A DNA stretch of 64,000 nucleotides from Chitinophagales bacterium (GTDB lineage Bacteria > Bacteroidota > Bacteroidia > Chitinophagales > Chitinophagaceae): NCBI GenBank assembly GCA_043758365.1, contig JAYVNQ010000229.1, positions 339 to 64,338 of the forward strand. The letters run 5' to 3'. A program made the translations under genes and the position numbers. Numbering within the stretch: position 1 is the first letter of the stretch; each line of letters opens with the position of its first letter. Below, in pieces: positions 1 to 10,553 of the stretch. The notes below the pieces were generated by a model that saw only the letters and a list, made by a program, of their open reading frames with translations, had not been told where the DNA came from and ran no database searches.

Positions 1-38
1 GTTCTTAAGAAAATATTTAAACTCATTTTTATAGCTAC

Positions 39-1355
39 CTACAAGGCTTCTAACAAGGCCACAACGCCTTCTTTTTTTAAGATTAAATATCCCAATCTAT
101 CGTTACTAATACCCTCTTTCAATTGGTAGCTAAATACCAATTCATTATCAGAAATACTCGTTTCAAAAAATCTAAAAACAATGTTGGAATATTGCTTTAA
201 ATGGTCACCGATCTCGTATAAATGTGTTGATAAAAAAAACAGCGCATTTGGCATTTTATGTAAACCCTCTATAACTGCAATGCTGCACTTCATTGCATCT
301 TGAACGTTAGTGCCTTTAAATAATTCATCAATTAAAATCAACCAACTTTTTCCATCACTAATTTTCACAATCGTATTTTTAATACGCTGTACTTCGTTAA
401 AAAAATAACTCTCGCCTTTAATAATATTATCTGCCACATTAATGTTACTTAACAAGCCATCAAACATGCTTAGTTGCATATTTTTCGCTGGCACACCCAT
501 ACCAATATGTGCCAAGTAAACACAAATGCCAACCGCTTTTATAAACGTGCTTTTACCAGCCATATTTGCGCCTGTAAGAAAGAGGAAATTTGTGTCTTTA
601 TTCAACGTAACATCGTAGCTAACGGGTATGTTCAGTAGCAAATGCCACAAGCCTTTGGCGTTGATAAATGGCTGTTTAGTGGCTTGTATTTCAGGAAAAT
701 AAAAGCTGTATTTTTTACTTGCAATTGCCAAACTTAAGTACGCATCTAGTCGGCTATAAATATCCATTAGGTCAGCATTTTTTTGCTTAAATCTGCTACG
801 CAAAAAGCTACCAAATGCCAATAATTTGTAAGGTGGAATTGTGTCGTTTTTATTATACAGCTGCATTTGCTGTACCGTTTGGTCAGCTAGTATATGTGTA
901 ATTCTATCGCACCAAGTTTGTAATTGTTTACTAGTTTTTTGTTGCTGTAATAAAGCAACTATTTGCTGTAAGCCTTTAAAAAATATAATAAAATGTCCTA
1001 TAGAATATTTTGTAAGGGAATAGTCTGGTTTACTGATAACAGAATACACAAAACCATTAATACCATTGGGTTGTGTGGGATAAGCATCCATTTGAGTTTC
1101 GTAAAATTTATCCATTACCAGCATGGTACCATTGGTAATTGTTAGCGGAAAACTATCGCCAACTGCTATTAATAGTTGAATGGTTTTTTGAACATCCTGT
1201 ATTTCATCCAAATCGTCCAAAGGCTTACTCAAAAGCCATCGCAAATATTCCCTACCATCGTTAGTTTGTGTAAAATTAAGATGGTGAAAAACCGACTGTT
1301 CTTCATCGCTGTGAAAAATAGAAAGATCTTGTAAAGTGGTTTTATCTATTTGCAT
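39..1355 (-). CDS. MutS-related ATPase (short protein carrying MutS domain V)
   Basis: P-loop GANMAGKST, Walker B LIDELFKGT and STH motif; lacks the N-terminal mismatch-recognition domains. Start moved to the ATG at 1355 (MQIDK). Confidence 0.85.
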   Translation of the reverse strand: MQIDKTTLQDLSIFHSDEEQSVFHHLNFTQTNDGREYLRWLLSKPLDDLDEIQDVQKTIQLLIAVGDSFPLTITNGTMLVMDKFYETQMDAYPTQPNGINGFVYSVISKPDYSLTKYSIGHFIIFFKGLQQIVALLQQQKTSKQLQTWCDRITHILADQTVQQMQLYNKNDTIPPYKLLAFGSFLRSRFKQKNADLMDIYSRLDAYLSLAIASKKYSFYFPEIQATKQPFINAKGLWHLLLNIPVSYDVTLNKDTNFLFLTGANMAGKSTFIKAVGICVYLAHIGMGVPAKNMQLSMFDGLLSNINVADNIIKGESYFFNEVQRIKNTIVKISDGKSWLILIDELFKGTNVQDAMKCSIAVIEGLHKMPNALFFLSTHLYEIGDHLKQYSNIVFRFFETSISDNELVFSYQLKEGISNDRLGYLILKKEGVVALLEAL

Positions 1356-1362
1356 TAAAAAC

Positions 1363-1421
1363 AAGTTTCAAGTAGTTAAGTTTCAAGAAATCAAGTTTCA
1401 AGCTTTGCTTCTTGATTTCTT
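1363..1421. repeat. Short intergenic tandem repeat (AAGTTTCAAG x3, 15 bp period) with a hairpin
   Basis: Copies at 1363, 1378 and 1393; AAGAAATCAAG (1385-1395) is the reverse complement of CTTGATTTCTT (1411-1421). Confidence 0.7.
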
Positions 1422-1431
1422 CTTTGCTTTT

Positions 1432-2772
1432 TTATCGCTCAAATTTCAATCGCATCCCTTTTATAGATTCATCAAATATGCCATTTCCATAAACCAAATA
1501 CCCGTTTACAAATGTGTTAGTAATGGTTGCTGGCACAGTAAAATTTTCCAACGGGCTCCAGCCACATTTATACAAAATATTTTGCTTGGTTATGGTTTGC
1601 GGTTGGTTCATATTTACCAAAACCAAGTCTGCGAAATAACCTTCCCTAATAAACCCACGATTATTGATAGCGAAGCATTTGGCAACGCTGTGGCTCATCT
1701 TTTCAACTACTTTTTCTAGGCTTATTTTACCTTCATTTACATAATACAGCATTAATTGTAAGCCATGTTGTACCAATGGCAAACCTGCATGTGCCTTCTC
1801 GTAAGGTTCGAACTTTTCGGCCCAGGTATGTGGTGCATGGTCAGATGCTATAACATCCAATCTATCATCTAACAAAGCCTCCCATAACGCCTTTTTATTG
1901 TTTGGCGATTTTATAGCTGGATTGCATTTTATTTGGTTTCCTAATCGTTCATAATCATCGCTTGTAAAATGTAGATGATGCACACAAACTTCGGCAGTAA
2001 TCCGCTTATCTTCTAAAGCTACCATGTTGCCAAACAACTGTAATTCTTTAGCTGTCGTGATGTGTAAAATATGTAACCGACTGTTATATTTTTTTGCAAA
2101 CTGAATAGCTTTAAATGATGACTCAAAACAAGCTTCTTCATTACGGATAATGGGATGATCGCTGGGTTCTAAAACGGGCTTCTTAACTTTTAATTTTGCT
2201 AAGTTGGTCTTAATAATACTTTCTTCTTCACAATGCGTTGCTATCAACAACTCACTACTTTCAAACACACGTTCTAACACCAATGGGCTATCTACCAATA
2301 AATTTCCTGTTGAGCTGCCCATAAAAATCTTCACACCGCACACTTCATTTTTCTTGTAGTTGGTCTTTAAAATTTCTTCTAAATTATCGTTGGAAGTACC
2401 CATATAAAATGAGTAATTGGCCAAAGATGTTTGTTTGCCAATCTCATATTTCTGCTCCAATAACTCTTGGGTAAATACAGGTGGATTTGTATTTGGCATT
2501 TCCATAAAACTAGTTACACCACCTGCTACGGCTGCTTTTGCCTCGGTATAAATATTGGCTTTATGAGTTAAACCTGGCTCCCGAAAATGAACTTGATCGT
2601 CAATACAACCTGGTATTAAAAATTGGTTGCTACCATCAATTTCAATCACCATTTCCTTAGCTGAAAGTTGGGTGCCAATACGTTCAATACGATTATTTTT
2701 TATCAATACATCCCCCCCAAACCGTTTTCCTTCGTTTATAATACAAGTATCTTTTATTAGGTAGGTTGGCAT
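1432..2772 (-). CDS. pyrC: Dihydroorotase
   Basis: DQVHFREPG, EMPNTNPP, KCNPAIK and ASDHAPH amidohydrolase motifs. Confidence 0.92.
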   Translation of the reverse strand: MPTYLIKDTCIINEGKRFGGDVLIKNNRIERIGTQLSAKEMVIEIDGSNQFLIPGCIDDQVHFREPGLTHKANIYTEAKAAVAGGVTSFMEMPNTNPPVFTQELLEQKYEIGKQTSLANYSFYMGTSNDNLEEILKTNYKKNEVCGVKIFMGSSTGNLLVDSPLVLERVFESSELLIATHCEEESIIKTNLAKLKVKKPVLEPSDHPIIRNEEACFESSFKAIQFAKKYNSRLHILHITTAKELQLFGNMVALEDKRITAEVCVHHLHFTSDDYERLGNQIKCNPAIKSPNNKKALWEALLDDRLDVIASDHAPHTWAEKFEPYEKAHAGLPLVQHGLQLMLYYVNEGKISLEKVVEKMSHSVAKCFAINNRGFIREGYFADLVLVNMNQPQTITKQNILYKCGWSPLENFTVPATITNTFVNGYLVYGNGIFDESIKGMRLKFER

Positions 2773-2872
2773 GTTAGCTTATTTTTGAAAATTATAATAA
2801 ACAAGATTAAGAAATAACCTTGCAAAAGCATCAACAATTGTTATTTCTGCATCTATTAAAGCAAAATATTTT

Positions 2873-4552
2873 ATGAAATTTTTATGTTCGCTTATTTTTT
2901 TTACAGCCTTGGTAGCAACTTCTAAACTACATGCACAATCAGACCATATTCAGCTAGGCTCAAGGCAATATGATATTTTGGATAGGTTAGAAATAAAGCT
3001 TCGAACCGATTCTGTATTAAATTTTTCGGCTTTAAAACCCTTTGGTCGTAAATCGGTTACGCAGCGTTTAGAGTATATTAAACAGTTAGATGCTGAGGGT
3101 AAAATTTCATTATCAAAAGTTGATAAATACAATATCAATTTATTGTTGTTAGATAATTTTGACCAAGGAACAAATCTTGGCGATACAACTATTCCATTAA
3201 AAAATCTTTTTACAAAAACAGCTAAAACCAATCCTTTTTATGTTGGTGTAAAACGTGGCGATTTTTCATTTTATGCAACGCTTGCATTTAACAATCAAGT
3301 TGGTAAAGACAATGCCTTGCCTAACAGTTTATTTAATACAAATAGAGGGGTTTACATACGTGGTCAATTAACAAAAGGCATTGGCTATTACACTTACTAC
3401 ACCACTAACCAAGAGGTTGATCCATTGTATGCACAACAATATGTTGCCAGCCACAGTGCGGTACCTGGTAATGGTTATTTTAAAAATTATAAAAGTAATG
3501 GCTACGATTATTTTGATGCAAGAGGTGGTATCAATTTTAAAATTGGCAAAGGCATTGATGGCGAATTTGCTTACGACAAAGTGTTTGTTGGCAATGGTTT
3601 TAGAAGTTTAATCATCAGCGACTTTAGTAATAATTTTTTATTTTTTAAAATCAATACCCGTCTTTGGAAGTTTAATTATTATAACCTTTTTGGTCAAACT
3701 GTATCAACTTATCAACGTGGAGCAGACCAATTATTGCCAAAAAAATACTTGGCAATGCACTACTTAGAATTTCAAGTAAATAAGTGGTTAAATATTGGGG
3801 CTTTTGAAAACATCATGTTTGGTAGAAGCAATGGTTTTGACATAAACTATTTAAATCCAATCATTTTTTACCGCTCTATTGAGTTACAAAATGGCAGCCC
3901 CGATAAAGTAACGCTTGGGTTAAACATAAAAGCCAATGCTTTTAAAAACACACAGCTTTATAGCCAACTCATAATAAACGAGTACCAAATAAAAGAAATA
4001 TTGCATTATAGCAGAGGAGCAGCCGTCAATAAACAAGCCTTACAATTAGGTGCAAAAACTATCGATGTGTTTGGCATTAAAAATTTAGATATTCAGGGTG
4101 AGGTAAATTTAATCCGCCCATTTGTTTACTCGCATTACGATACAGTTGGCTCGTTTACACATTATAACCAACCACTGGCACACCCAGCAGGTGCTAATTT
4201 GCGAGAGTTTATTGGCATTGTAAAATATCAACCCTTTAATAAATTAAACCTACAAGCAAAATTTATTTATTATGAGCAAGGATTGGATAGTGCAGGGCAA
4301 AATTTTGGTGCTAATCCATTTAGGTTTTATACCGATAGATCTAGAGATTATGGCTACTTTATTGGCAGTGGCGTTAAGGCAAAAACCTTGTTAGCTTCCT
4401 TTACAGCATCTTACGAAATATTGCCTAATGTTTTTATTGATGGTAACGCTACACTACGAAAGTTTACAAAAGTTGGTGCCCCAAATTTTGATAGTAATTT
4501 TTTCACTTTTGGATTTAGAATGAACATGCAGCGACGAACATTTGACTTCTAA
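2873..4552 (+). CDS. Outer-membrane beta-barrel protein, Wzi/RemB-like
   Basis: Signal peptide, alternating aromatic beta-strand pattern, C-terminal Phe, and YLNPIIFYR / NQPLAHP motifs recalled from Bacteroidota Wzi-like proteins. Confidence 0.6.
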   Translation: MKFLCSLIFFTALVATSKLHAQSDHIQLGSRQYDILDRLEIKLRTDSVLNFSALKPFGRKSVTQRLEYIKQLDAEGKISLSKVDKYNINLLLLDNFDQGTNLGDTTIPLKNLFTKTAKTNPFYVGVKRGDFSFYATLAFNNQVGKDNALPNSLFNTNRGVYIRGQLTKGIGYYTYYTTNQEVDPLYAQQYVASHSAVPGNGYFKNYKSNGYDYFDARGGINFKIGKGIDGEFAYDKVFVGNGFRSLIISDFSNNFLFFKINTRLWKFNYYNLFGQTVSTYQRGADQLLPKKYLAMHYLEFQVNKWLNIGAFENIMFGRSNGFDINYLNPIIFYRSIELQNGSPDKVTLGLNIKANAFKNTQLYSQLIINEYQIKEILHYSRGAAVNKQALQLGAKTIDVFGIKNLDIQGEVNLIRPFVYSHYDTVGSFTHYNQPLAHPAGANLREFIGIVKYQPFNKLNLQAKFIYYEQGLDSAGQNFGANPFRFYTDRSRDYGYFIGSGVKAKTLLASFTASYEILPNVFIDGNATLRKFTKVGAPNFDSNFFTFGFRMNMQRRTFDF

Positions 4553-4571
4553 AAATTAGTACCCCATATAC

Positions 4572-4616
4572 AACAAAAAAGCTGGATACTCTTTGAAGAA
4601 CATCCAGCTTTTTGTT
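4572..4616. terminator. Bidirectional intrinsic terminator
   Basis: AAAAAGCTGGAT-loop-ATCCAGCTTTTT between convergent genes. Confidence 0.8.
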
Positions 4617-4633
4617 TATTTTAATCCAATCAA

Positions 4634-4822
4634 TTAGGCTTTTTTAACTGTTGGCTTTACAGTTGCAGTGGTAGTTTTTCCCATTTTATTACAACAGTCC
4701 TTCCCTTCTTTTTTCTTTCCACATTCTTTATCTTTAGCATATTTTTTATCTTTTTCACCACTTTGTGCAAATACGCTACCCATTACTAAAGTGGCAGCAG
4801 CTAATACAAATAATTTTTTCAT
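4634..4822 (-). CDS. Small secreted Lys/Cys-rich protein
   Basis: Sec signal MKKLFVLAAATLVMGSVFA|Q followed by a low-complexity K/C-rich mature part; ends at a terminator. Confidence 0.7.
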   Translation of the reverse strand: MKKLFVLAAATLVMGSVFAQSGEKDKKYAKDKECGKKKEGKDCCNKMGKTTTATVKPTVKKA

Positions 4823-4909
4823 GTTGGTTTGTTTTTATAGTTTGAAGATAATTTTTATATGCTTTTAAAAGAGTTTTTCTTAATAATTAACACTAGTTTA
4901 TAGCTTCCC

Positions 4910-5566
4910 CTACCAAGTTGCCAAAACTGTTACACCCCCTTGTACCACTTGATTTAAAGCCACATTTATACTCGTACCAACTGGCAACAACACATCAACC
5001 CTACTACCAAATTTTATAAACCCGTACTCTTCAGTTTGTTGCACTTGCTGACCAATACTTGTATAATTACAAATACGCTTTGCCAATGCACCTGCAATTT
5101 GTTTGTATAAAATAGTGCCATAGTTATTTGTAACAGCAACACTCCAGCGTTCGTTTTCCGTAGAACTTTTAGGATGCCATGCTACCAAGTATTTGCCTTT
5201 ATGATATTGATTATAAACCACTTCACCATTCATTGGGTTGCGGTTTACATGCACGTTTGCAGGGCTCATAAAAATACTTACCTGAATACGTTTATCTTTA
5301 AAATATTCCACATCTGTAATCTCTTCAATTACCACTACCTTGCCATCTGCAGGGCAAATAATTTGGTTATCTGCAATAGTTAATGTACGGTTTGGGATAC
5401 GAAAAAACGAAACTAAAAACAGCAATAAACTCATCGTAATAATAAAAATAATAATTGCCAACCAAGGCATTGCACCGCTTAAAAAAGTAAACGATAGCAC
5501 ATTTACAATACCAAAAACCAATGCACCAATACCGATTGATTGATAGCCTTCTCTATGAATTGTCAT
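4910..5566 (-). CDS. psd: Phosphatidylserine decarboxylase proenzyme
   Basis: FFRIP, PADGKVV, SIFMSPANVHVNR and GFIKFGSRVD (GS autocleavage site). Start MTIHREG at 5566; the longer ORF merely runs through a repeat. Confidence 0.93.
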   Translation of the reverse strand: MTIHREGYQSIGIGALVFGIVNVLSFTFLSGAMPWLAIIIFIITMSLLLFLVSFFRIPNRTLTIADNQIICPADGKVVVIEEITDVEYFKDKRIQVSIFMSPANVHVNRNPMNGEVVYNQYHKGKYLVAWHPKSSTENERWSVAVTNNYGTILYKQIAGALAKRICNYTSIGQQVQQTEEYGFIKFGSRVDVLLPVGTSINVALNQVVQGGVTVLATW

Positions 5567-5580
5567 AATGCAAATATCGA

Positions 5581-5641
5581 AGATTTTTTTTGTAACTAGC
5601 CAAGTACTACCATTAAGCTTCGTTGCGTCGCACACTTTACG
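5581..5641 (-). repeat. Dispersed structured repeat, copy A
   Basis: Minus strand reads CGTAAAGTGTGCGACGCAACGAAGCTTAATGGTAGTACTTGGCTAGTTACAAAAAAAATCT; aligns with 12928-12988 and 22314-22378. Confidence 0.85.
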
Positions 5642-5755
5642 GTTCAGTACTTTATTCAACTTTATCCAAGCATACTTTGCCTTACTCAACGTTCTTATCG
5701 TTTTTATGGTTTAAAATATTGAATAAATGTTACCCTATACTTTCAAGCAACCACC

Positions 5756-5763
5756 TACATTTG
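5756..5763 (+). promoter_or_regulatory. Bacteroidota -7 promoter element for gcvT
   Basis: TACATTTG matches TAnnTTTG and ends 26 nt before the ATG at 5790. Confidence 0.6.
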
Positions 5764-5789
5764 CCTTCAAATTATCAATTAAAAATACT

Positions 5790-6866
5790 ATGGTTAAAAA
5801 TACTCCATTTACCCAAAAGCATATAACACTCGGTGCTAAAATGGCTGCATTTGCAGGTTACAATATGCCGATTAGCTACACTGGTATTAATGATGAACAT
5901 GCAGCCGTAAGAACCAATGTTGGTGTGTTTGATGTAAGCCATATGGGGGAATTTATGTTAAAGGGAGATACGGCTTTAGACTTGATTCAACGCGTAACTA
6001 GTAACGATGCCAGTAAACTAACAAATGGTAAAGCCCAGTACAGTTGCTTGCCCAATTTGCAAGGTGGTATTGTAGATGATTTGATTGTTTATTGCATTGA
6101 AGAAAATAAAACCTATATGTTGGTGGTTAATGCCAGCAATATTGATAAAGACTGGAATTGGATACGCAGTTTTAACAGCCAAAATGTTGAGATACAAAAC
6201 ATTAGCGATAGAACTTGCCTGTTGGCTATTCAAGGGCCAAATGCTTGCAAACTGCTGCAACCAATAATCGATGTAGATATTATGAACCTGAAATATTACA
6301 CATTTCTTCGTGGTACTTTGGCTGGTGTTGGCAACGTAATTATTAGTGCCACAGGATATACTGGTGCAGGTGGTGTAGAAATTTATTTTGAACAAAAAGA
6401 CAATGCTGCCGAAATTATTTGGGATAAATTAATGGCACTAAACGTTAAGCCAATTGGGCTTGGTGCAAGAGATACACTTCGTTTAGAAATGGGTTATTGC
6501 TTATATGGTAATGATATTGATGACACCACATCGCCATTAGAAGGTGGCTTGAGTTGGATAACAAAATTTACCAAAGATTTTAATGCAAAACCTATTTTAG
6601 AACAACAAAAAGCTGAAGGCATTACACGCAAACTAGTTGGCTTTGAAATGATTGACAGAGGCATTCCTCGTCATGATTATTTATTAAAAGATGCAGCAGG
6701 AAATACTATTGGAAATGTAACAAGTGGTACGCAAGCACCGAGTTTAAATAAAGCCATTGGTTTGGGTTATGTAACTACCCAATTTGCAAGTATTGACAGC
6801 GAAATTTTTGTTGATATCCGTAATAATTTGGTGAAGGCGAAAGTGGTTAAAACTCCATTTATATAA
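5790..6866 (+). CDS. gcvT: Glycine cleavage system T protein (aminomethyltransferase)
   Basis: [18 protein letters not shown] and [13 protein letters not shown] motifs; start MVKNTPF. Confidence 0.95.
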   Translation: MVKNTPFTQKHITLGAKMAAFAGYNMPISYTGINDEHAAVRTNVGVFDVSHMGEFMLKGDTALDLIQRVTSNDASKLTNGKAQYSCLPNLQGGIVDDLIVYCIEENKTYMLVVNASNIDKDWNWIRSFNSQNVEIQNISDRTCLLAIQGPNACKLLQPIIDVDIMNLKYYTFLRGTLAGVGNVIISATGYTGAGGVEIYFEQKDNAAEIIWDKLMALNVKPIGLGARDTLRLEMGYCLYGNDIDDTTSPLEGGLSWITKFTKDFNAKPILEQQKAEGITRKLVGFEMIDRGIPRHDYLLKDAAGNTIGNVTSGTQAPSLNKAIGLGYVTTQFASIDSEIFVDIRNNLVKAKVVKTPFI

Positions 6867-6919
6867 ATCTATTTTTCAGCTTAAGAAGGCTAATAAGATT
6901 CAAAAGAAATACCTATTGC

Positions 6920-7663
6920 TTATAGCTTTGGCAAAGCAGCTAACGCGGCTTTTTGTTTCATTTTTTTTACCTTGGCTTCGGCAAATATTTTATCAATAAA
7001 AATAGCCCCGCCAATGCTCCAATACCAACCATCAAAATTGTTTTTTAGGTCACTTTCAAAAATGGTTTTGCGCAATCCCGTCATTGCATTAATACCAATG
7101 TAGGTTAAAAAGTGTAAGCCTTTAATTTCTGGTACTTTAAAGTTGAAAGAGATGCCTACACCTGCTGGAATAAAATCTTGCTTGTCCTCGGTGTAAACTA
7201 TTGTGGCAGGCCTTGTACCATTACGCTTGCTATTAGCAGAATCTAAAATGGCGCGACCATAACCAATTTCAAATACCAAACTCATTTCAACAACTTCTTT
7301 CCTAAACAAAAATGGCTCGTAATAAATAGTACCAAAATATAATTTACGCTGTAATTTACTGGTTGGCCTACCTAGTGCATCTGTTTTTACAATGGTTGTA
7401 TCTTGATTTAAAAAATAGCCGCCAATACCAACCTTAAATTTATCGTTAACTACAACACCAATACGGTAGCCCCAAATATTTACGTCTTGTTTATCTAAAA
7501 ATGAAAAGCGTTGGTCAAAATCAGTAGTAGGCTTTAAATTGAGTTTTTTATATGGCTGTAAGGCACTGTCAGTAACGGTTTGGGCAAAAGGAAACTTTAC
7601 ATTACAAATAGCCATAACCAGTAAAAAAGCGGTAAGAAGTAACTGGTTATAACGTTGTTTCAT
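6920..7663 (-). CDS. Hypothetical exported / outer-membrane protein
   Basis: 247 aa ORF with a signal-like N-terminus and amphipathic beta-strand pattern. Confidence 0.65.
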   Translation of the reverse strand: MKQRYNQLLLTAFLLVMAICNVKFPFAQTVTDSALQPYKKLNLKPTTDFDQRFSFLDKQDVNIWGYRIGVVVNDKFKVGIGGYFLNQDTTIVKTDALGRPTSKLQRKLYFGTIYYEPFLFRKEVVEMSLVFEIGYGRAILDSANSKRNGTRPATIVYTEDKQDFIPAGVGISFNFKVPEIKGLHFLTYIGINAMTGLRKTIFESDLKNNFDGWYWSIGGAIFIDKIFAEAKVKKMKQKAALAALPKL

Positions 7664-7763
7664 GTAAAATATTTCAATAGAATATAAAGACTTTTGTTTG
7701 GTTACATCTACAAAACTTAACTAACACTTAAATCATTGTAAACATATTACAAAAGAGGCAGAG

Positions 7764-9293
7764 TTAATTTGATGTGCTGCTTAATAAAACTCTTTTTGCA
7801 ATCATTTCGTTTACAACAGTCATTTTAAAGTCAACCCCATTTTTAATAGCAGTGCTTAATGGAGGAATAAAAACGTCTGGCATAATACCATGACCGTTTT
7901 TTAGCCTTGTACTATCAACAACCAAACGAGCCAATGGCAAAACCACACGTAGTTTGCTATTGGGTAAAACAATAGTTGGTAAAAATAAAGCTGTGTTACC
8001 ATAATAACCCCCACCAGTTTCTTCTCCTACAACGGTTACGTTTTTTTGACCCTTTAAATTAGTTACAAATAAGGTTGCCGCCGAAAAGGTGTAGCCGCCT
8101 TGTAACAAGTAAATATTGCCTTCAAAATGATTGGTCTGTTTGGGCTTATAATAATGGGTTTCCTCTTTTCTTTTATGATAACGACCATCTTCTTTTTTGC
8201 CACTAAAGGTTTGCATTGCAAACCAAAATGGATATGCTTGAGGCATATATTTTTTATAATAAATCCGCTTCGTAATGGCTGCAATTGTATCGCCCGTTTT
8301 AAATGGCTTATTAGTAAAATACTTGGTAAGCAAGGTGCTGCTATTCAATTTACCACCAGTATTTTCTCGCAAATCAATTATTACATTTTTAATGCTTTGG
8401 TGGTGGATTGTTTTTAGGCTTCGCCTGAAAAATGACCGCAACTTACCATTACTAAAAGTGGCAACTCGCAGATAAGCCGTTTGTGTAGCATTATCAATAT
8501 TCAACGAACGTTTAGTTAATAGTTGCTGTTTTTTTACGTAGTGTCGAGATGGTTTTTCAGTGATGATTGGTGGTGGCAATAACTGTATTTTTCCAGTATC
8601 TCTTTTAGATTTTACTACTTCTTTTTTTAGGGTAAAATTTTTTATGGTTACGCTTTGATGATTGCCCAAACTATCAATAAGACCAACGGTATAAACACTA
8701 TCTACCCCAAAAGCTAATTTGTACCAAGCAGGAAAATTACTACTGAAAACTTGGCTTTTAAAGTTATCGGAATAACCATCAGTACTAACCAATTGAAACA
8801 TCGAGTCTAGCAACTGCTTGTTGGTTTTATTGTTGATGGAAGTGATAATGACACCGCGTTTAAAAATAGTATCCCATGGAAATAAACTACTGAGAACCAC
8901 CATACTATCACCCCAAGTTTTAATAGATAATGGAAATGCAGGGTAGCGGTTTTGTTCAATAACTTTTGTATAATTTTTAGAGAACCTTACAGCCGTATGA
9001 CCACACCTAATTTTACTAATAACAGAGGCAACTTTATTTCTAAACTGCACCTCGGTTAATGAATCTTTTATAGTTGCAATGACATTGTTAAAGTACGCAT
9101 CCATGCTATCTTTTGGTGTGTACCAATATAAACTTGGGTGATTAGTCTCGAGTATTTTTTTTAGTAAAACAACATCTTGCTGCAACTGTGGTGCAGCAGT
9201 TTTTTGATTAAATTGGTAGTTAGCAATCCTAGCAGAAGTGCAAGAGAGTAAAAGCAAGGTTAGGAAAATAAATAGTAAAAAGTAAACTCTCAT
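7764..9293 (-). CDS. S41 family peptidase lipoprotein
   Basis: Lipobox LLSC; IIDLRENTGG, TFSAA, VGEETGG and GIMPD motifs. Confidence 0.88.
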   Translation of the reverse strand: MRVYFLLFIFLTLLLLSCTSARIANYQFNQKTAAPQLQQDVVLLKKILETNHPSLYWYTPKDSMDAYFNNVIATIKDSLTEVQFRNKVASVISKIRCGHTAVRFSKNYTKVIEQNRYPAFPLSIKTWGDSMVVLSSLFPWDTIFKRGVIITSINNKTNKQLLDSMFQLVSTDGYSDNFKSQVFSSNFPAWYKLAFGVDSVYTVGLIDSLGNHQSVTIKNFTLKKEVVKSKRDTGKIQLLPPPIITEKPSRHYVKKQQLLTKRSLNIDNATQTAYLRVATFSNGKLRSFFRRSLKTIHHQSIKNVIIDLRENTGGKLNSSTLLTKYFTNKPFKTGDTIAAITKRIYYKKYMPQAYPFWFAMQTFSGKKEDGRYHKRKEETHYYKPKQTNHFEGNIYLLQGGYTFSAATLFVTNLKGQKNVTVVGEETGGGYYGNTALFLPTIVLPNSKLRVVLPLARLVVDSTRLKNGHGIMPDVFIPPLSTAIKNGVDFKMTVVNEMIAKRVLLSSTSN

Positions 9294-9375
9294 AAGTGTA
9301 AATCTGCTTGTACCTGAAACTTAAACCATGCTATATTTTTAGCAACGCACTTGCTATACAGTGTAAAAACGATAA

Positions 9376-10413
9376 TTACACCGGGCATTTTTCGTGGTAG
9401 TTAATCAATTCAATTGGGCTGTATGCAATTTCAATACCATCATAGTAAGCATGTATTTCATCTAAAATTGCTTCTACTTCCTCAACAGATTTTACAGTTA
9501 CCAAACGGCTTCTAAACTCTTTAATATTGGGTAAGCCTTTTAAGTAATTAGCATAATGCCGCCGCATTTCATTTATCCCTACTACCAATCCTTTCCATTC
9601 AATTGAGCGACGTAAATGTTTTTTACTTACCTCTACACGTTCCTGTAATGTAGGTGCAGCAAGCATTTCGCCAGTTTGTACATAATGTTTAATCTCCCTA
9701 AAAATCCACGGATAACCAATGGCAGCACGGCCAATCATTATGCCATCAACCCCATAACGGTTTTTATAGTCCAATGCTTTTTGCGGACTATCAATATCGC
9801 CATTACCAAAAATGGGTATCTTAATGCGAGGATTATTTTTCACTTTGGCAATTAATGTCCAATCTGCTTCGCCCTTGTACATTTGGCTACGCGTACGACC
9901 ATGAATTGCCAATGCTTTAATGCCACAATCTTGCAAACGTTCGGCTACTTCTTCAATATTTTTAGTATCCTCATCCCAACCCAATCGGGTTTTTACGGTA
10001 ACAGGTAACGAGGTTGCTTTTACTACCGCAGTCGTTAGCCTTACCATTAAATCAATATCTTTTAGCACCCCAGCACCAGCACCTTTACAAGCCACTTTTT
10101 TTACTGGGCAGCCATAATTAATATCCAATAAATCAGGGTTTGTAACATCTACAATTTTAGCGGCCAAGGCCAAACTATCTTCATCTCCACCAAAAATCTG
10201 GATGCCAATTGGGCGTTCGTAATCAAATATGTCTAGCTTTTGACGGCTCTTTATGGCATCACGAATTAAGCCTTCGCTGCTGATAAATTCAGTGTACATT
10301 AAGTCGGCACCATTATCCTTACAAACGGCACGAAAAGGTGGGTCGCTCACATCTTCCATTGGGGCTAATAATAATGGAAAATCAGGCAATTTAATTTTAT
10401 CTATTAAAACCAT
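9376..10413 (-). CDS. dusB: tRNA dihydrouridine synthase B
   Basis: LAPMEDV, DINYGCPV, TVKTRLGW, IHGRTR, GNGDI and MIGRAAIG motifs. Confidence 0.95.
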   Translation of the reverse strand: MVLIDKIKLPDFPLLLAPMEDVSDPPFRAVCKDNGADLMYTEFISSEGLIRDAIKSRQKLDIFDYERPIGIQIFGGDEDSLALAAKIVDVTNPDLLDINYGCPVKKVACKGAGAGVLKDIDLMVRLTTAVVKATSLPVTVKTRLGWDEDTKNIEEVAERLQDCGIKALAIHGRTRSQMYKGEADWTLIAKVKNNPRIKIPIFGNGDIDSPQKALDYKNRYGVDGIMIGRAAIGYPWIFREIKHYVQTGEMLAAPTLQERVEVSKKHLRRSIEWKGLVVGINEMRRHYANYLKGLPNIKEFRSRLVTVKSVEEVEAILDEIHAYYDGIEIAYSPIELINYHEKCPV

Positions 10414-10437
10414 AATTCCTTTAGTTTAAAATTTAGG

Positions 10438-10533
10438 GGTTGGAGTTCAATTACATCATGTGTAAAGTGTTATAAAACATAAAAGTCTCACAGTTGCAAC
10501 ACTTTTACAAACACCAAACTTGAAACTCCAACC
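10438..10533. repeat. Long imperfect intergenic inverted repeat
   Basis: Nested arms GGTTGGAGTT-CAA / TTGAAACTCCAACC and TGTAAAGTGTT / AACACTTTTACA. Confidence 0.7.
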
Positions 10534-10545
10534 TTTTTCTCCCTG

Positions 10546-10553
10546 TATCTTTG
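10546..10553 (+). promoter_or_regulatory. Bacteroidota -7 promoter element for the CPBP-DUF2007-cdsA unit
   Basis: TATCTTTG matches TAnnTTTG and ends 32 nt before the ATG at 10586. Confidence 0.5.

Noticed and set aside
5567-5689. 41-aa N-terminal extension of psd in the ORF track
   Set aside because: It translates through repeat A; the family-typical start is MTIHREG at 5566.
5642-5789. Glycine riboswitch upstream of gcvT
   Set aside because: No aptamer core motifs are visible, and a -7 promoter element lies only 26 nt before the start.
9330-9365. GCAACGCACTTGCTATAC as a possible fourth repeat copy
   Set aside because: Similarity is too short and the dyad is not preserved.
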